NCBI RefSeq assembly: GCF_963921235.1
Contig: NC_086109.1
Coordinates: 6,760,001 to 6,824,000 of the forward strand
Source: Mobula hypostoma
Lineage: Eukaryota
Length of the DNA: 64,000 bases
Direction: 5' to 3'
Made by a program: the position numbers and the translations under genes. Below the pieces are notes generated by a model that did no database searches, was not told the origin of the DNA, and saw nothing but the letters and a program-made list of their open reading frames with translations. Below are positions 49,801 to 60,005 of the stretch, one piece after another (the stretch's first letter is position 1; each line of letters begins with the position of its first letter).

Positions 49801-52800
49801 GAACTTTAACCTCTGCAACCCGCAGGAACTGATGGCGGCCTTTGAGGCTGAGGGTAGGAGCAGTGGGAAGCCAAGACTGTTGCTGGCAGCGGCTGTGGCC
49901 GGTGGAAAGAGTACCATCGATGCTGGCTATGAGATTCCTCAGCTTGGACAGTGAGTGTTCATCTGAACTGAAAACTCAACCCTTACCTGTGTGTTTCTCG
50001 GGACTGGTTAAACATTAAAGATTAGCTTTTAGGTTAGGGTTAACTGGGGTTGTAGGGTTGCTTGGGCAACAGGGCTTGAAGGGCTGGGATGGCCTACTCT
50101 GTGCTAAATCAATATATAAATAAATTTATTTGTCATATATACATCAAAACATACAGTGAAATGCATTGTTTTGCATTAAATTGAATCAGCTAGAATTGTG
50201 TTGGACAGCCCGCAAGTGTCGCCATGCTTCTGGCGCTAATATAGTCTGTCCACAATTCACAAACCCTAACCCGTACGTCTTTGGAGTGTGGGAGAAATCG
50301 GAGCACCAGGAGGAAGGTGGGGAGAATGTTCAAACACCCTTATGGACAGCAGCGGGAATCTAACCTGGATCTTACACTCAGAACGGTGAAGCATTACACT
50401 ACCGTGTTAAGGGTAATTATACTGGCTTTCCTTCCGTCCACAGATTCAGGGGTCAGAGCACATTGCGTGGTGGTTGAGATATTACTGTTAATTTCGTAAA
50501 CAGAGAGACAGAGTGACTCCGGTCTCCTCTCTTGCAGGGTTCTGGACTTCATCAGTGTGATGACCTACGACTTCTACGGACCCTGGAGACATGTGACAGG
50601 GGAGAATAGCCCCCTCTACCCCTTCCCTAATAACCAGGATCACACCAACCTGTACTTCAATGTGGTAGGTACTGGAGAAAAGGGAACCCTGCCAAACCTT
50701 TCCATTCCCTTCTCTAGACTGGCGTCTAGCTTTTGCCAAATCTTTCCGACCTGACCCTGACTGCCCGTCTCTTTCTCTGCAGGAATATGCAATGAACTAT
50801 TGGAAGAACCAAGGAGCCCCAGCAGAGAAGCTGAATGTTGGTTTCCCCACATACGGACACACCTTCTGGCTGACCTCATCCGACACTGGGGTCTTTGCCC
50901 CAGCAAGGGGGGCTGGGCCAGCTGGCAAATACACCAGGCAGGCCGGGTTTTTGGCTTACTATGAGGTACGAACGCCGAAGCTGCTGCTGTAGTTCAGTAT
51001 TATCCTCCGTATGTATGTACTGAATAACTTTATACTGTGGTGGACCAAAAGAAAACTCCCTCCGAACTGAGCAGTGGGAGTAGCTGTATGATTGTAGGTA
51101 ACATCCCGTGTACCTACCCACAATCCACATTGCAGCTAAATGAAACTTTAGTCAGATTACATCTGGCATCTTGTTCAGTTCTAGTTTCCTCATGACAGGA
51201 AGAATGTGGAGATTGTGAACAAGGCATAGAAATGCTTTACCAGGATGTTTTCCTGGTTCAGGCAGAAGCAAAGTCAAATAGTTCTTTCTAGAGCAGGGAT
51301 TCTCAACATTGTTTATGCCATGGATTCCTACAATGAACCGACTGGGAACCCAGGCTCTGGCGTGCTGGAGGCCGAAGGGATTTTTTTTAATTATGAAAGG
51401 CATAGATAGGGTAGGTGACCAGAGCTTTACCCCAAGGTGGAAATGGCAAGAACCCGAGGACATGCTTTTAAGGGTGCGGGTGAGAGGTGGGGAAGATTAA
51501 AGGTGACACGAGGGGCAACTTTTTTTTTACTCCAAGAGTGGAGGGTGCCTGAAATGTCTCATCGAATCAATAAGAGAAGATCTGCTCTGCCTGGCTTGCT
51601 GAGTTCCTCCAGCATTTTGTGTGTGTTGCAACGTACTACCACTACGTCGACTCAGCCCTAGGGGGCCGGCGTCGGGCACAATAACAGACTCTTCACTTCT
51701 CCCTCTCCCTCATCAGTGTGTTCAGTTCATCTACATTAGCCGCGCCGCTGTCTTCTAGGAGCATGTTGACCATAGTCTTGGGAGGGCGCCCAGGGTTCAT
51801 CCTCCCGTGCTTGGGCTCCCGTAAGATGACTAGGCTGGCAGGTAGCTCGGGGTGATGTAGACAGTGCCCCGCTAGTTGCAGTCTTCTCACCTCGATTTGT
51901 TGCAACGTAAGATAGTGTCGAGCAGTTGAACAACAGCTCTCATTTCAGACCAGAATTAGAGAGACCATGTGTATTTAAAGCAGAGGTTGATCATCATCAT
52001 CATTATGTGGCGTGTTGTATGATGTGGGTGAACATGGGCTTTCCAAGACCATGATTGTTTTTGGCAAATGTTTCTACAGAAGTGGTCTGCTATTGCCTTC
52101 TTCTGGGTAGTGTTTTTACAAGATGGGTGACCCCAGTCATTATCAATACTGTTGAGAGATTGTCTGCCTGGTGTCAGTGGTCGCATAACCAGGACTTGTG
52201 ATCTGCACCAGCTGCTCATATGACCATCCACCACCTGCTCCCATGGTTTTATGAGACCCTGATCAGGGGGCTAAGCAGGTGCTAAACCTTGCCCAAGGGT
52301 GACCTTCAGGGTAATGGAAGGAAGGAGCGCCTTACACCTCCTTTGGTAGAGACGTATCTCCATCCCGCCACCCCAGGCCGTTGATGGGTTCTTAATTAGC
52401 AAGGATATCAAAGTTTACAGGGAGAAGGCAGGAGAATAAGATTAAGAGGGATAATAAATCAGCCATGATTGAATGGTGGAGCAGACTTGATGGGCCAAAT
52501 GGCTTAATTCTGCTCCTATGTCTTATGATCTAATGGTCTTATGAATATTGAATAAAAAAGACAAAATAAGAACGGACATAGAGGGCACGACAAACAGCCG
52601 CTGAGTTTTGACCACAGTGGGTTCTAATCTACCATCTCACTCTTCCAACAGATCTGTACGTTGTTGAATGGCGCCACCGAAGTGTGGAATGCCCCACAGG
52701 TGACTCCGTACGCCTTCAAAAATAGAATCTGGGTCGGGTATGACAACCAGAAGAGTTTTGGAGACAAGGTATCTTTGACCTTTGGTGTTCAATCCTTCCC

Positions 52801-55800
52801 ATTTGAATGATTGCTGTAATGTGTATTGTACTGAACCGGCAGTGATTGAGCAAAAAGTTTCAGAATCACACTGCTACACCTGTCACGGTGGCTACTTCAG
52901 CGCCAATGATTGGGGTTCAATTACTGCCGTTGACTGTAAGGAGTTTGTACGTTCTCCCTGTGACCTGGTTTCCTCCCACATTCCAATGAGGTATGTGTCA
53001 GTAGTTTAATTGGTCACATGGGTATAACTGGGTGGGCAGGCTCATTGGGTTGGAATGGTCTGTTACTCTGCTATTTCCGTAAATAAAACCTTGTCCATTT
53101 CAATGCTGCACACCAGGTCTTCAGATCATTCTGTGCTCATCAGACTGAAATATAATAATACTGTAATTTTGTAAAATTATAAAGTCATGCTGGCCTTAGA
53201 TCAGGGGTTCCCAAATTTTTTATGCCATGGACCAATACCATTAAGAAAGGAACACTCACAACACGCTGGAGGAACTCAGTAGGTCGGGCAGCATCCGTGG
53301 AAACTTTGCTTTGACCCCAGCATCTGCAGAGTTTTTTGTGTTTACTATTAAGAAAGAGGTCTCCGGACTCCAGGTTGGGAAGCTGGACTTTAGATCCCGA
53401 ACCTTATTAAATGCTAAAGGCAAGAATAATTGTGCAAGCCACACAGTTGACTACCAGGAAAAGCTGTCTAAGTGTCTGCTGAGGTGGATGATATCTCAAG
53501 TCCAGGATCAGAGGGCACAGCCTCAGAAAACAAGGACATCCCTTTAGAACGGAGATGAGGAGAAATTTCTTTAGTCAGAAGATGGTGAAACTGTGGAATT
53601 CTGTGCCATAGACTGCCATGGTGGCCAAGTCATTGGGTATATTTAAAGAGGAGGTTGATAGGTTCCTGATTAGTAAGGGTGTCAAAGTTTATGAGAAGGT
53701 GGGAGAATGGGGTTGAGAGGGATAAATTAGCCGTGATAGAATGGTGGTGCAGATTTAATGGGCTGATGCCTAATTCCTCTCCTATGTCTTATGGTCTAAG
53801 TGTTTCAATTACAGTACTTTTTAATTTATATTCTGACATTCCGGTGGATTTAAGTAGTTCCTTGTGACCCGCAGAGACTAACCTGAAATAGCACACCAAG
53901 GAAACTGGGGATTTCTGCTTATCTGCTTACAATGTATCCCTACTCCCGGTGCATTACATAAACCTTCGCCAGGCACTGCTTGTAGAGAGGAGCTGGGAAT
54001 TTCCATGACTTCAGGAGAATCTTTTTCTATTCAGCTAGCCTACCGTGAATGTCCTTAATTGCATTTTGACCCAAGATTGTTGGTGAGTAAGGATTGTCGG
54101 TATAAACCTGTGAACATTGTCTTGCAGGTCGAGTGGCTGAAGAGGAACAACTTTGGAGGAGCCATGGTGTGGGATATTGCCCTGGACGACTTCACTGGCA
54201 CCTTCTGTCACCAGGGACCCTACCCTCTCATTAACACTCTGCACAATGGCCTCGGGATTTCTGGAGGTAATTGTCAGTATCTGTCAAACTTCAGGCAGTG
54301 GTCTGCTCACACAGAAGGCGACCTTACCACCAGTTCCTGCCTTTCTTAGAGCTCCTGAAGTTATTTCAGTCTTGACTAGCAGGGATTTGATTACGAAAAC
54401 ACTTCCGAATTTTCATGCAAGTGAAACTCCAAGCACCCTAAGGTACCTGGAGATATGTCAGTAGCATGTCAATATGGGGTGTAGGGGTGGCACGAGAGCG
54501 TAGTGGTCAGCATAATGCTTTACAGCGATCAGGAGGTTGGGGTTCGATCCCTGCCAGTGCCCGTAAGGAGTTTCTACATTCTCCCGTGACTCTGTGGGTT
54601 CCCTGTGGATGGTCGCAATTCAAAGATGTACAAGTTAGTAAGAGAAAGTGCGGGGGAAGTTAACAATAAAATGCAAGATCATGACAAGGTAGATTGTGAG
54701 ATCACTCAGTATTCTTTTACCGGTGTAGAAGCTCTCCTTAGGCCTGGTGGTTTGTGTATTCGGGCTTTTGTATCTTCTTGCTTTACTTTATTGTCGCCAA
54801 ACAATTGATACTAGAGCGTACAATCATCACAGCGATATTTGATTCTGCGCTTCGCGCTCCCTGGAGTACAAATCAATAGTAAATAGTAAAAATTTAAATT
54901 ATAAATCATAAATAGAAAATAGAAAAGGGAAAGTAAGGTAGTGCAAAAAAACCGAGAGGCAGGTCCGGATATTTTGAGGGCACGGCCCAGATCCGGGTCA
55001 GGATCCGTTCAGCAGTCTTATCACAGCTGTTCCCAAATCTGGCCATATGAGCCTTCAAACTCCTGAGCCTTCTCCGGGAGGGAAGAGGGACGAAAAGTGT
55101 GTTGGCTGGGTGGGTCGTGTCCTTGATTATCCTGGCAGCACTGCTCCGACAGCGTGCGGTGTAAAGTGAGTCCAAGGATGGAAGATTGGTTTGTGTGATG
55201 TGCTGGGCTGTGTTCACGATCTTCTGCAGCTTCTTCTGGTCTTGGACAGGACAACTTCCATAGCAGGTTGTGATGCACCCTAGAAGAATGCTTTCTACGG
55301 TGCATCTATAAAAATTAGTGAGAAACTTCCTGATGGGACAGGGGAGAAGAGAAAATATCCAGGTTGGGTGGAGACTTTATTTTGCTGGCTGATTTCCTGA
55401 GGCAGCAAAAAGTATGGACAGAGTCCATAAAATGAACGCTGTTTAGGTACGGCAACTGCTCTGCACATGACTGCAAGAAACTGCAGAGTCTTGTGGACAG
55501 AGCTCAGCATGTCACTTCCCTCTTACCACTTCTGACTGTGAAGATTTTGCGATGCAGCAACTTGCTTTGGTTTGCCTGGGCTTGGTCTGAAGTTAGTGTC
55601 CATTTTGAATCGGGCGTTGAACTAACAGAGTTTGTTTCTCTCCAGATTGCGTTCCGTCCAAGACAACGTTGGCTCCGGCAGTTCCTCCCACTCAGGCCCC
55701 AGGCGGTGGTGGGGGCAGTGGCGGTGGTGGGGGCAGTGGCGGTGGTGGGGGCGGCGGCAGTGGCTTCTGCGCCAGCAAGGCTGATGGTATCTACGCTGAT

Positions 55801-55911
55801 CCCAAGGACAGGAACGCATTTTACCAGTGCGTCAGTGGAAGGTCCTATCTGAGGCACTGCATAAGGGTGCTGGTCTTTGATCCTTCCTGTCAATGCTGCA
55901 ACTGGCCTTAA
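28851..55911 (+). CDS. chia: GH18 chitinase, acidic mammalian chitinase (CHIA/AMCase)-like; 11 coding exons, 1437 nt, 478 aa
   Basis: Exons 28851-28875, 38126-38155, 38248-38449, 40513-40569, 43695-43860, 49826-49950, 50538-50664, 50783-50965, 52652-52768, 54128-54266 and 55646-55911 all have GT-AG boundaries and join in frame (phases 1,1,2,2,0,2,0,0,0,1). Protein: [21 protein letters not shown] signal, [59 protein letters not shown], then a Cys-rich CBM14 ending CQCCNWP*. Which paralogue it is (chia vs another GH18 copy) is inference. Confidence 0.93.
29274..34802. repeat. 28-bp C-rich minisatellite, ~5.5 kb (~200 units), in chitinase intron 1
   Basis: Unit ACCTACCT(G/C)TCCACTCCACCAATCT(GT/CC)C, with occasional 26-bp variants; continues after a CR1 insertion. 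Confidence 0.98.
34803..36008 (-). mobile_element. CR1 LINE 3' fragment inserted into the minisatellite
   Basis: ORF 34886-35800: [34 protein letters not shown]; tail CTATTGTCTATTG. Confidence 0.93.
36010..36340. repeat. distal remnant of the 28-bp minisatellite (~11 units)
   Basis: Same unit resumes immediately after the CR1 fragment. Confidence 0.95.
36895..37968. repeat. ~1.07 kb polypurine (GGGA)n/(GA)n tract
   Basis: Almost only G and A on the + strand; ends about 160 nt before exon 2. Confidence 0.98.
38126..38155 (+). CDS. chia: chitinase coding exon 2 (signal peptide core [10 protein letters not shown])
   Basis: tgttctctgttacag|CGGTG...CAACTGG|gtgag; 30 nt, phase 1-1. Confidence 0.9.
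38248..38449 (+). CDS. chia: chitinase coding exon 3
   Basis: cccgcag|GCTCTGCC...AAGAACAA|gtatga; encodes [42 protein letters not shown]. Confidence 0.96.
40513..40569 (+). CDS. chia: chitinase coding exon 4
   Basis: cccacag|GAAC...CGGAG|gtaag; encodes [18 protein letters not shown] (SxGG motif). Confidence 0.95.
40585..41580 (+). mobile_element. degraded Penelope-like fragment (GIY-YIG region plus 3' tail) in intron 4
   Basis: Translations [19 protein letters not shown] and [13 protein letters not shown] are homologous to the intron-5 copy; degenerate hammerhead near 41455. Confidence 0.8.
40612..40743. repeat. 44-bp tandem triplication just downstream of exon 4
   Basis: CTACCAAAGGGATCCTACCGCCTATCTTTATCTCCACCCCCTCC starting at 40612, 40656 and 40700. 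Confidence 0.92.
42215..43190 (+). mobile_element. CR1 fragment interrupted by a SINE
   Basis: [28 protein letters not shown]...QRVTNLWN. Confidence 0.85.
42546..42852 (+). mobile_element. tRNA-derived SINE with a CORE-like central motif
   Basis: A-box TGGTCAAGTGG, B-box GTTCGAGCC, GTCCTTGAGCAAGGCACTTAAC motif. Confidence 0.75.
43360..43439. mobile_element. ~80-bp hAT-like MITE
   Basis: CAGGAGTTCCCAACC...GGTTGGGAACCCCTG TIRs; partial copies near 51293 and 53202. Confidence 0.6.
43695..43860 (+). CDS. chia: chitinase coding exon 5 (catalytic DxxDxDxE motif)
   Basis: ctcgcag|ATTC...GTCCAG|gtaag; [12 protein letters not shown] with D136/D138/E140 intact. Confidence 0.97.
44011..44218 (+). mobile_element. 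tRNA-derived SINE (head also present at 24850-24935 on the - strand)
   Basis: TGGTGTAGTGG A-box, GGTTCGAATCC B-box, non-tRNA body, (CAA) tail. Confidence 0.75.
44595..45190 (-). mobile_element. CR1 LINE 3' fragment in intron 5
   Basis: [21 protein letters not shown]...TRGHGL. Confidence 0.85.
46004..46576 (-). mobile_element. unclassified CpG-rich retroposon-like insertion with a (CAA)n tail in a (TA)n tract
   Basis: TTGTTGTTG at the left end; abrupt composition change; interrupts an older repeat whose uninterrupted copy is at 40029-40260. Confidence 0.55.
46685..46720 (-). ncRNA. minimal hammerhead motif (copy in the left inverted arm)
   Basis: Exact reverse complement of 49243-49278. Confidence 0.78.
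49243..49278 (+). ncRNA. minimal type I hammerhead ribozyme motif in the Penelope 3' region
   Basis: AGTC-CTGACGA-AGGGTCTCGGCCT-GAAA-CGTC-GACT: stem I AGTC/GACT, CUGANGA and GAAA cores, stem II AGG/CCT, palindromic ACGU in place of stem III, GUC cleavage triplet. Confidence 0.8.
49826..49950 (+). CDS. chia: chitinase coding exon 6
   Basis: ccgcag|GAACTG...GGACA|gtgag; [41 protein letters not shown]. Confidence 0.95.
50538..50664 (+). CDS. chia: chitinase coding exon 7
   Basis: cttgcag|GGTT...AATGTG|gtagg; [27 protein letters not shown]. Confidence 0.95.
50783..50965 (+). CDS. chia: chitinase coding exon 8
   Basis: ctctgcag|GAATAT...TATGAG|gtacg; [28 protein letters not shown]...GFLAYYE. 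Confidence 0.95.
51636..51897 (-). mobile_element. RTE-type LINE 3' fragment
   Basis: RRLQLAGHC...GRPPKT; 12-bp TSD TGTTGCAACGTA at 51624-51635 and 51898-51909. Confidence 0.8.
52652..52768 (+). CDS. chia: chitinase coding exon 9
   Basis: ccaacag|ATCTGT...GACAAG|gtatc; [39 protein letters not shown]. Confidence 0.94.
54128..54266 (+). CDS. chia: chitinase coding exon 10
   Basis: cttgcag|GTCGAG...TCTGGAG|gtaat; [38 protein letters not shown]. Confidence 0.95.
54780..55320 (-). mobile_element. Rex1/L2-type LINE 3' fragment in intron 10
   Basis: TAQHIT...[21 protein letters not shown]. Confidence 0.75.
55646..55911 (+). CDS. chia: chitinase coding exon 11 (Pro/Thr + Gly/Ser linker and CBM14 chitin-binding domain)
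   Basis: tctctccag|ATTGC...CCTTAA; six-Cys [48 protein letters not shown]. Confidence 0.95.
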
Positions 55912-56214
55912 AGAGCAGGTGAGCATGCCCGCCAACCTAAAACTTTCTACCGGGCGTCAAGTCATTGGTTTGTGCAGCGCGGAATTTGCCCAGTAGAATT
56001 TGTTCATCCTCATCATGTGGGGGAACCGAGGGATCTTGGGGTTAATGCCCATAGGTCCCTCAAAGTTGCCGCACAAGTTGGTGGGATGGTTTAGGTGTCG
56101 GGTGAGCATGCATACCATCATAATGCTCTGTACCAGGTACCAAGTCATAGTGGGTTCTACATCCATAGATTCCTCAAAGTTGCTGCTCAAGTTAATAGGG
56201 TGTTTTTAAAAAAA

Positions 56215-56875
56215 CTTGTTCACTTACGGGATGTGGGCATCACCAGCTAAGCCAGCATTTATTGCCCATCTCTAGTTGCCCTTGAGAAGGTGGTGACGAG
56301 CTGCCTTCTTGAATGGCTGCAGACCCTGAGGTGTATGTGCACCCACAGTGTTGTCAGGGGGGAATTCCATGATCTTGACCCAGGAACAATGAAGGAACAG
56401 TGATATGCTTCCAAGCCAGGGTGGTGAGTGACTTGCAGGGGTATTTCTAAGTGGTGGCGTTCCCAAGTATCTGCTGTTCTCGTCCTTCTAGATGGTAGTG
56501 GTTGTGGGTCTGGAAGGTGCTGCCTTAGGAACTTTGGTGTGTTGTTGCAGTGCATCTTGTAGACAGTACACACTGCTGCAGCTGTTCGATTGTGGAGGGA
56601 TTGGATGCTTGTGGAAGGGGCACCAATCAAGTGGCTGTCTTGTACTTGATGGTGTCGAGCTTCCTGAGTGTTGGAGCTGTACTCATCCAGGCGAGCGGCA
56701 AGTACTCCATTACACTCCTGGCCTGAGCCTTGTAGATGGCAGACAAGCTTTGGGGAGTCAGGAGGCGAGTTACACGTTGCAGGATTCCTCGCCTTTGACC
56801 TGCTCTGGTAGCCACAGTGCTTATATGGCTCGACCAGTCAGTTTCCTGTCAATGGTAACCCCCAGGATGTTGAAA
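56215..56875 (-). mobile_element. LINE 3' fragment (CR1/L2 group)
   Basis: LSAIYKAQARSVMEYLPLAWMS...LDTI. Confidence 0.7.
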
Positions 56876-58253
56876 GCATATGGTTTGCTGGTCTTTCAAA
56901 GCTTAATGTTCAAGGTAAATTTGTTATCAGAGTAAATATACGTCAGCATATACTACACTGATTCATTTTCTTGGGGGCATACTCAATAAATCCAAGAAAC
57001 ATAATAGAGTCAATGAAAGACTGTACCCGACAGGACAGACGAACAACAGGTGTGCAAAAGACAACAAACTCTGCAAATACAAAAGAAAACAATAAATGAT
57101 AATAAAAAAAATTAAGCAATAAATATTGAGAACATTGAGATAAAGAGTCCTTGAAGGTGAGACCATAGGGTGTGGGAACAGTTCAGAGATGGGAGAAGTG
57201 AAGCTGAGTGAAGTTATCCCTACTGGTTCAAGAGCCTGAACCGGTCAATGCTATCTGCTTGTATACCTCAGCCCTATCACTCAGATTCCCATCCCCCTGC
57301 CAAGTTAGTTTAAACCCTCCTCAACAGTTCAATAAGGGGACAAGTGAAGTTATTCCCTCCGGTTCAAGAGCCTGATGGTTGAGGAGTAATAACCGTTCCT
57401 GAACCTAGTGGTGTGAGTCTTGAGGCTAATGTACCTTCCCCCGAGTGGCAGCAGTGAGAAGAGAGCATGAGGTGGAAGATGGGGTCCTTGATGATGGATG
57501 CTGTTTCCCTATGGCATCTTTTTATGTAGATGTGCTCAATGGTGGTGAGGGCTTTAAACGTAATGGACTGGGCCATATCCACCACTTGTTGTAGGATTTT
57601 CCATTCAGAGGTTTAAAAGTTTATTTATTATCAAAGTATGTATGCAATATACAATTCTGAGATTCATCTTCTCCAGGTAGCCATAACACCACCATTCAAG
57701 GGCATTGGCATTTTCATGCCAGGCTGTGATGCAACCAGTCAATATACTCCCCACCACACATCTAGAGATGTTGTCAAAGTTTTAGATGTCATGTCGAATC
57801 TTCGCAACATTTGTAACTAAAACATAAAGTGTGTACGAATGAATAAACAAGCAATAATATCAAGAACATGAGAAGAAGAGTCCAACACTCTCATGCCATC
57901 CTATTATACTGTTATATTTCGATTAGGTAGTGTGATAAAATAAGATTAGAATCTCATAATAAGATAAAATTATCTTATAGACTGGGTAGCCAATAACCTC
58001 TGCACATGGTTACTGGATATTATTTCAGATGAAGATGCTGACATGATTTTTTTCAGAAAGTGATTGAAAGTAAAGTTTTGGATCTTTTTTAGGAAGTTTA
58101 ACTTAGACCCATTGGGTGATGGATGTGTTGCTGTTAAGGAGAAGTAAACTTTTAAAAAATAGATACTTTAAAAAATTGGTTTTGATGACCCTAATCTGAT
58201 GTTGAAAGATTCCTCTTGGATAAGAGAACTGAAACATGCCTTTTCTGTTCCAG

Positions 58254-58370
58254 ACTCCACTTACCTCCGCTGGATAACAACAGCAAGATGATGCTGCTTC
58301 ATCAACTGTCATGCTCAGAGATAATTCTTGCAGTTGAAACAATAAAATAAAGTGATTATTTCCAGCAGAT
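58254..58370 (+). other. probable non-coding terminal (3'-UTR) exon of the chitinase with poly(A) signal
   Basis: Donor CAG|GTGAGC 7 nt after the stop (GT at 55919); acceptor ttttctgttccag ending 58253; overlapping AATAAA at 58341 and 58346 in unique sequence; 3' end approximate. Confidence 0.55.
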
Positions 58371-58429
58371 AAATGGTGCTTGTTTAAGGTTTAAATTCAA
58401 CAGGTTCAGCTGGAAGGAGTTCCTCTGCA

Positions 58430-58655
58430 TACACTCAGTGGCCATTTTACTAGATACCTCCTGTACCTAATAAAGTGGCCACTCAGTTTGTGCTCATGGT
58501 CTTCTGCTGCTGTAGTCCAACCACCTCAAGGTTCAACGTGTTGTGCATTCAGAGACACTCTTCTGCCCACCACTGTTGTAATGTGTGATCATTTGAGTTA
58601 GTGTCACCTTCCTGTCAGCTTGAACCAATCTCCTCTGACATCTCGCATTAACAAT
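58430..58655. mobile_element. Tc1-like non-autonomous fragment (also at 5415-5612)
   Basis: TA|CACTCAGTGGCCA...TAATAAAGTGGCCACT inverted termini; internal sequence shared with 5415-5612 in reverse orientation. Confidence 0.6.
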
Positions 58656-59055
58656 CAGGATCTGATTGAAACGTATAAGATCCTAAAGGGATTGGACAGG
58701 CTAGATGCAGGAAGATTGTTCCCGATGTTGGGGAAGTCCAGAACAAGGGGTCACAGTTTGAGGATGGAGGGGAAGCCTTTTAGGACCGAGATTAGGAAAA
58801 ACTTCTTCACACAGAGAGTGGTGAATCTGTGGAATGCTCTGCCACAGGAAACAGTTGGGGCCAGTTCATTGGCTATATTTAAGAGGGAGTTAGATATGGC
58901 CCTTGTGGCTACGGGGATCAGGGGGTATGGAGGGAAGGCTGGGGGTAGGGTTCTGAGTTGGATGATCAGCCATGATCATAATAAATGGCGGTGCAGGCTC
59001 GAAGGGCCGAATGGCCTACTCCTGCACCTATTTTCTATGTTTCTATGTTTCTATG
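58655..59055 (+). mobile_element. CR1 3' fragment with (TTCTATGT)n tail
   Basis: [11 protein letters not shown]...FFTQRVVNLWNALP. Confidence 0.88.
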
Positions 59056-59230
59056 TTATCTTAATTCTGTGCACATGTGTGTTTATCATTGCTGAACTGT
59101 TGCATTTATTATCCTTTCGATTACTGTGTTGCTTGTTTCTTTAATAAAACTTTCTTAGTTCTAGTAATCCAGACTCCAACTGAGTGATCCATTTCTGCTG
59201 GTTTGGCAACCCAGTTACGGGGTACATAAC
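59055..59230 (+). mobile_element. 3' end of a related LTR
   Basis: AATAAA...gactccaa...ttctgctgg...acggggtacataaca resembles the 13561-13649 terminus. Confidence 0.5.
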
Positions 59231-59724
59231 AGGTTACACTTTATCCCCATTCTGATAATTGGCCTGAACGGCAACTGAACCTCCTGACCATGGCTGCATG
59301 CTTTTGTGCATTGAGTTGCTGTCACATGATTGGCTGATGAGATATTTGCATTAACAAAGGGGCCGCAGAGCGTTTGCACACTGTTGGTGTCTCTAGCCCA
59401 CAGTGAAGTTTGTCTTTCAAACCTTTGCATGGACGTTATTTGATATTCCCGCGATTCCTGGATTTCACCAGGAAAACGTGTAGGGAAGGAGGGAAATTGA
59501 TATTGAGATCCTGAATGTAGAACAGTACTGTACAGGAGCAGGCTATTTGGCTCACAATGTCTGTGCTAAACATGATGTTGAATTAAACTGAATCTCTTCA
59601 GTCTGAATAATCTGTATCCCATACTCACTGCATATTCATGCACCAAGTTGCCTCTTAAACTTTGGTATTGTATCAGTTCCCACCACTTACCCAGTCAGCC
59701 TGTCCTAAACAACTAGCTTACTGA

Positions 59725-60005
59725 TCATTACAGAATGTCTCTCTGGTGCTTCCCGCTCCCTGTCCTCTCCCTTCCCCTTTTCCCAACCATGATTCCCCTC
59801 TCCTTGCCCCCTTCCCACTCTCAGTCCACCATAGAGACCCATATCAGAATCAGGTTTATCATCATCACATATGCCATGAAATTTGTTTTTCTTTTTGTGA
59901 CAGCAGTAGAGTGCAATTCATAAAATTTTTACAGTACTGTGCAAAAGTCTTAGGCACCCTAGCTATATATACTGTATGTGCCTAAGACTTTAGCACGGGA
60001 CTGTA
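59725..60005. mobile_element. Tc1-type MITE family (copies also at 19735-20155 and 25800-26255)
   Basis: CAGTACTGTGCAAAAGTCTTAGGCAC...GTGCCTAAGACTT inverted motif and shared internal sequence. Confidence 0.55.
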
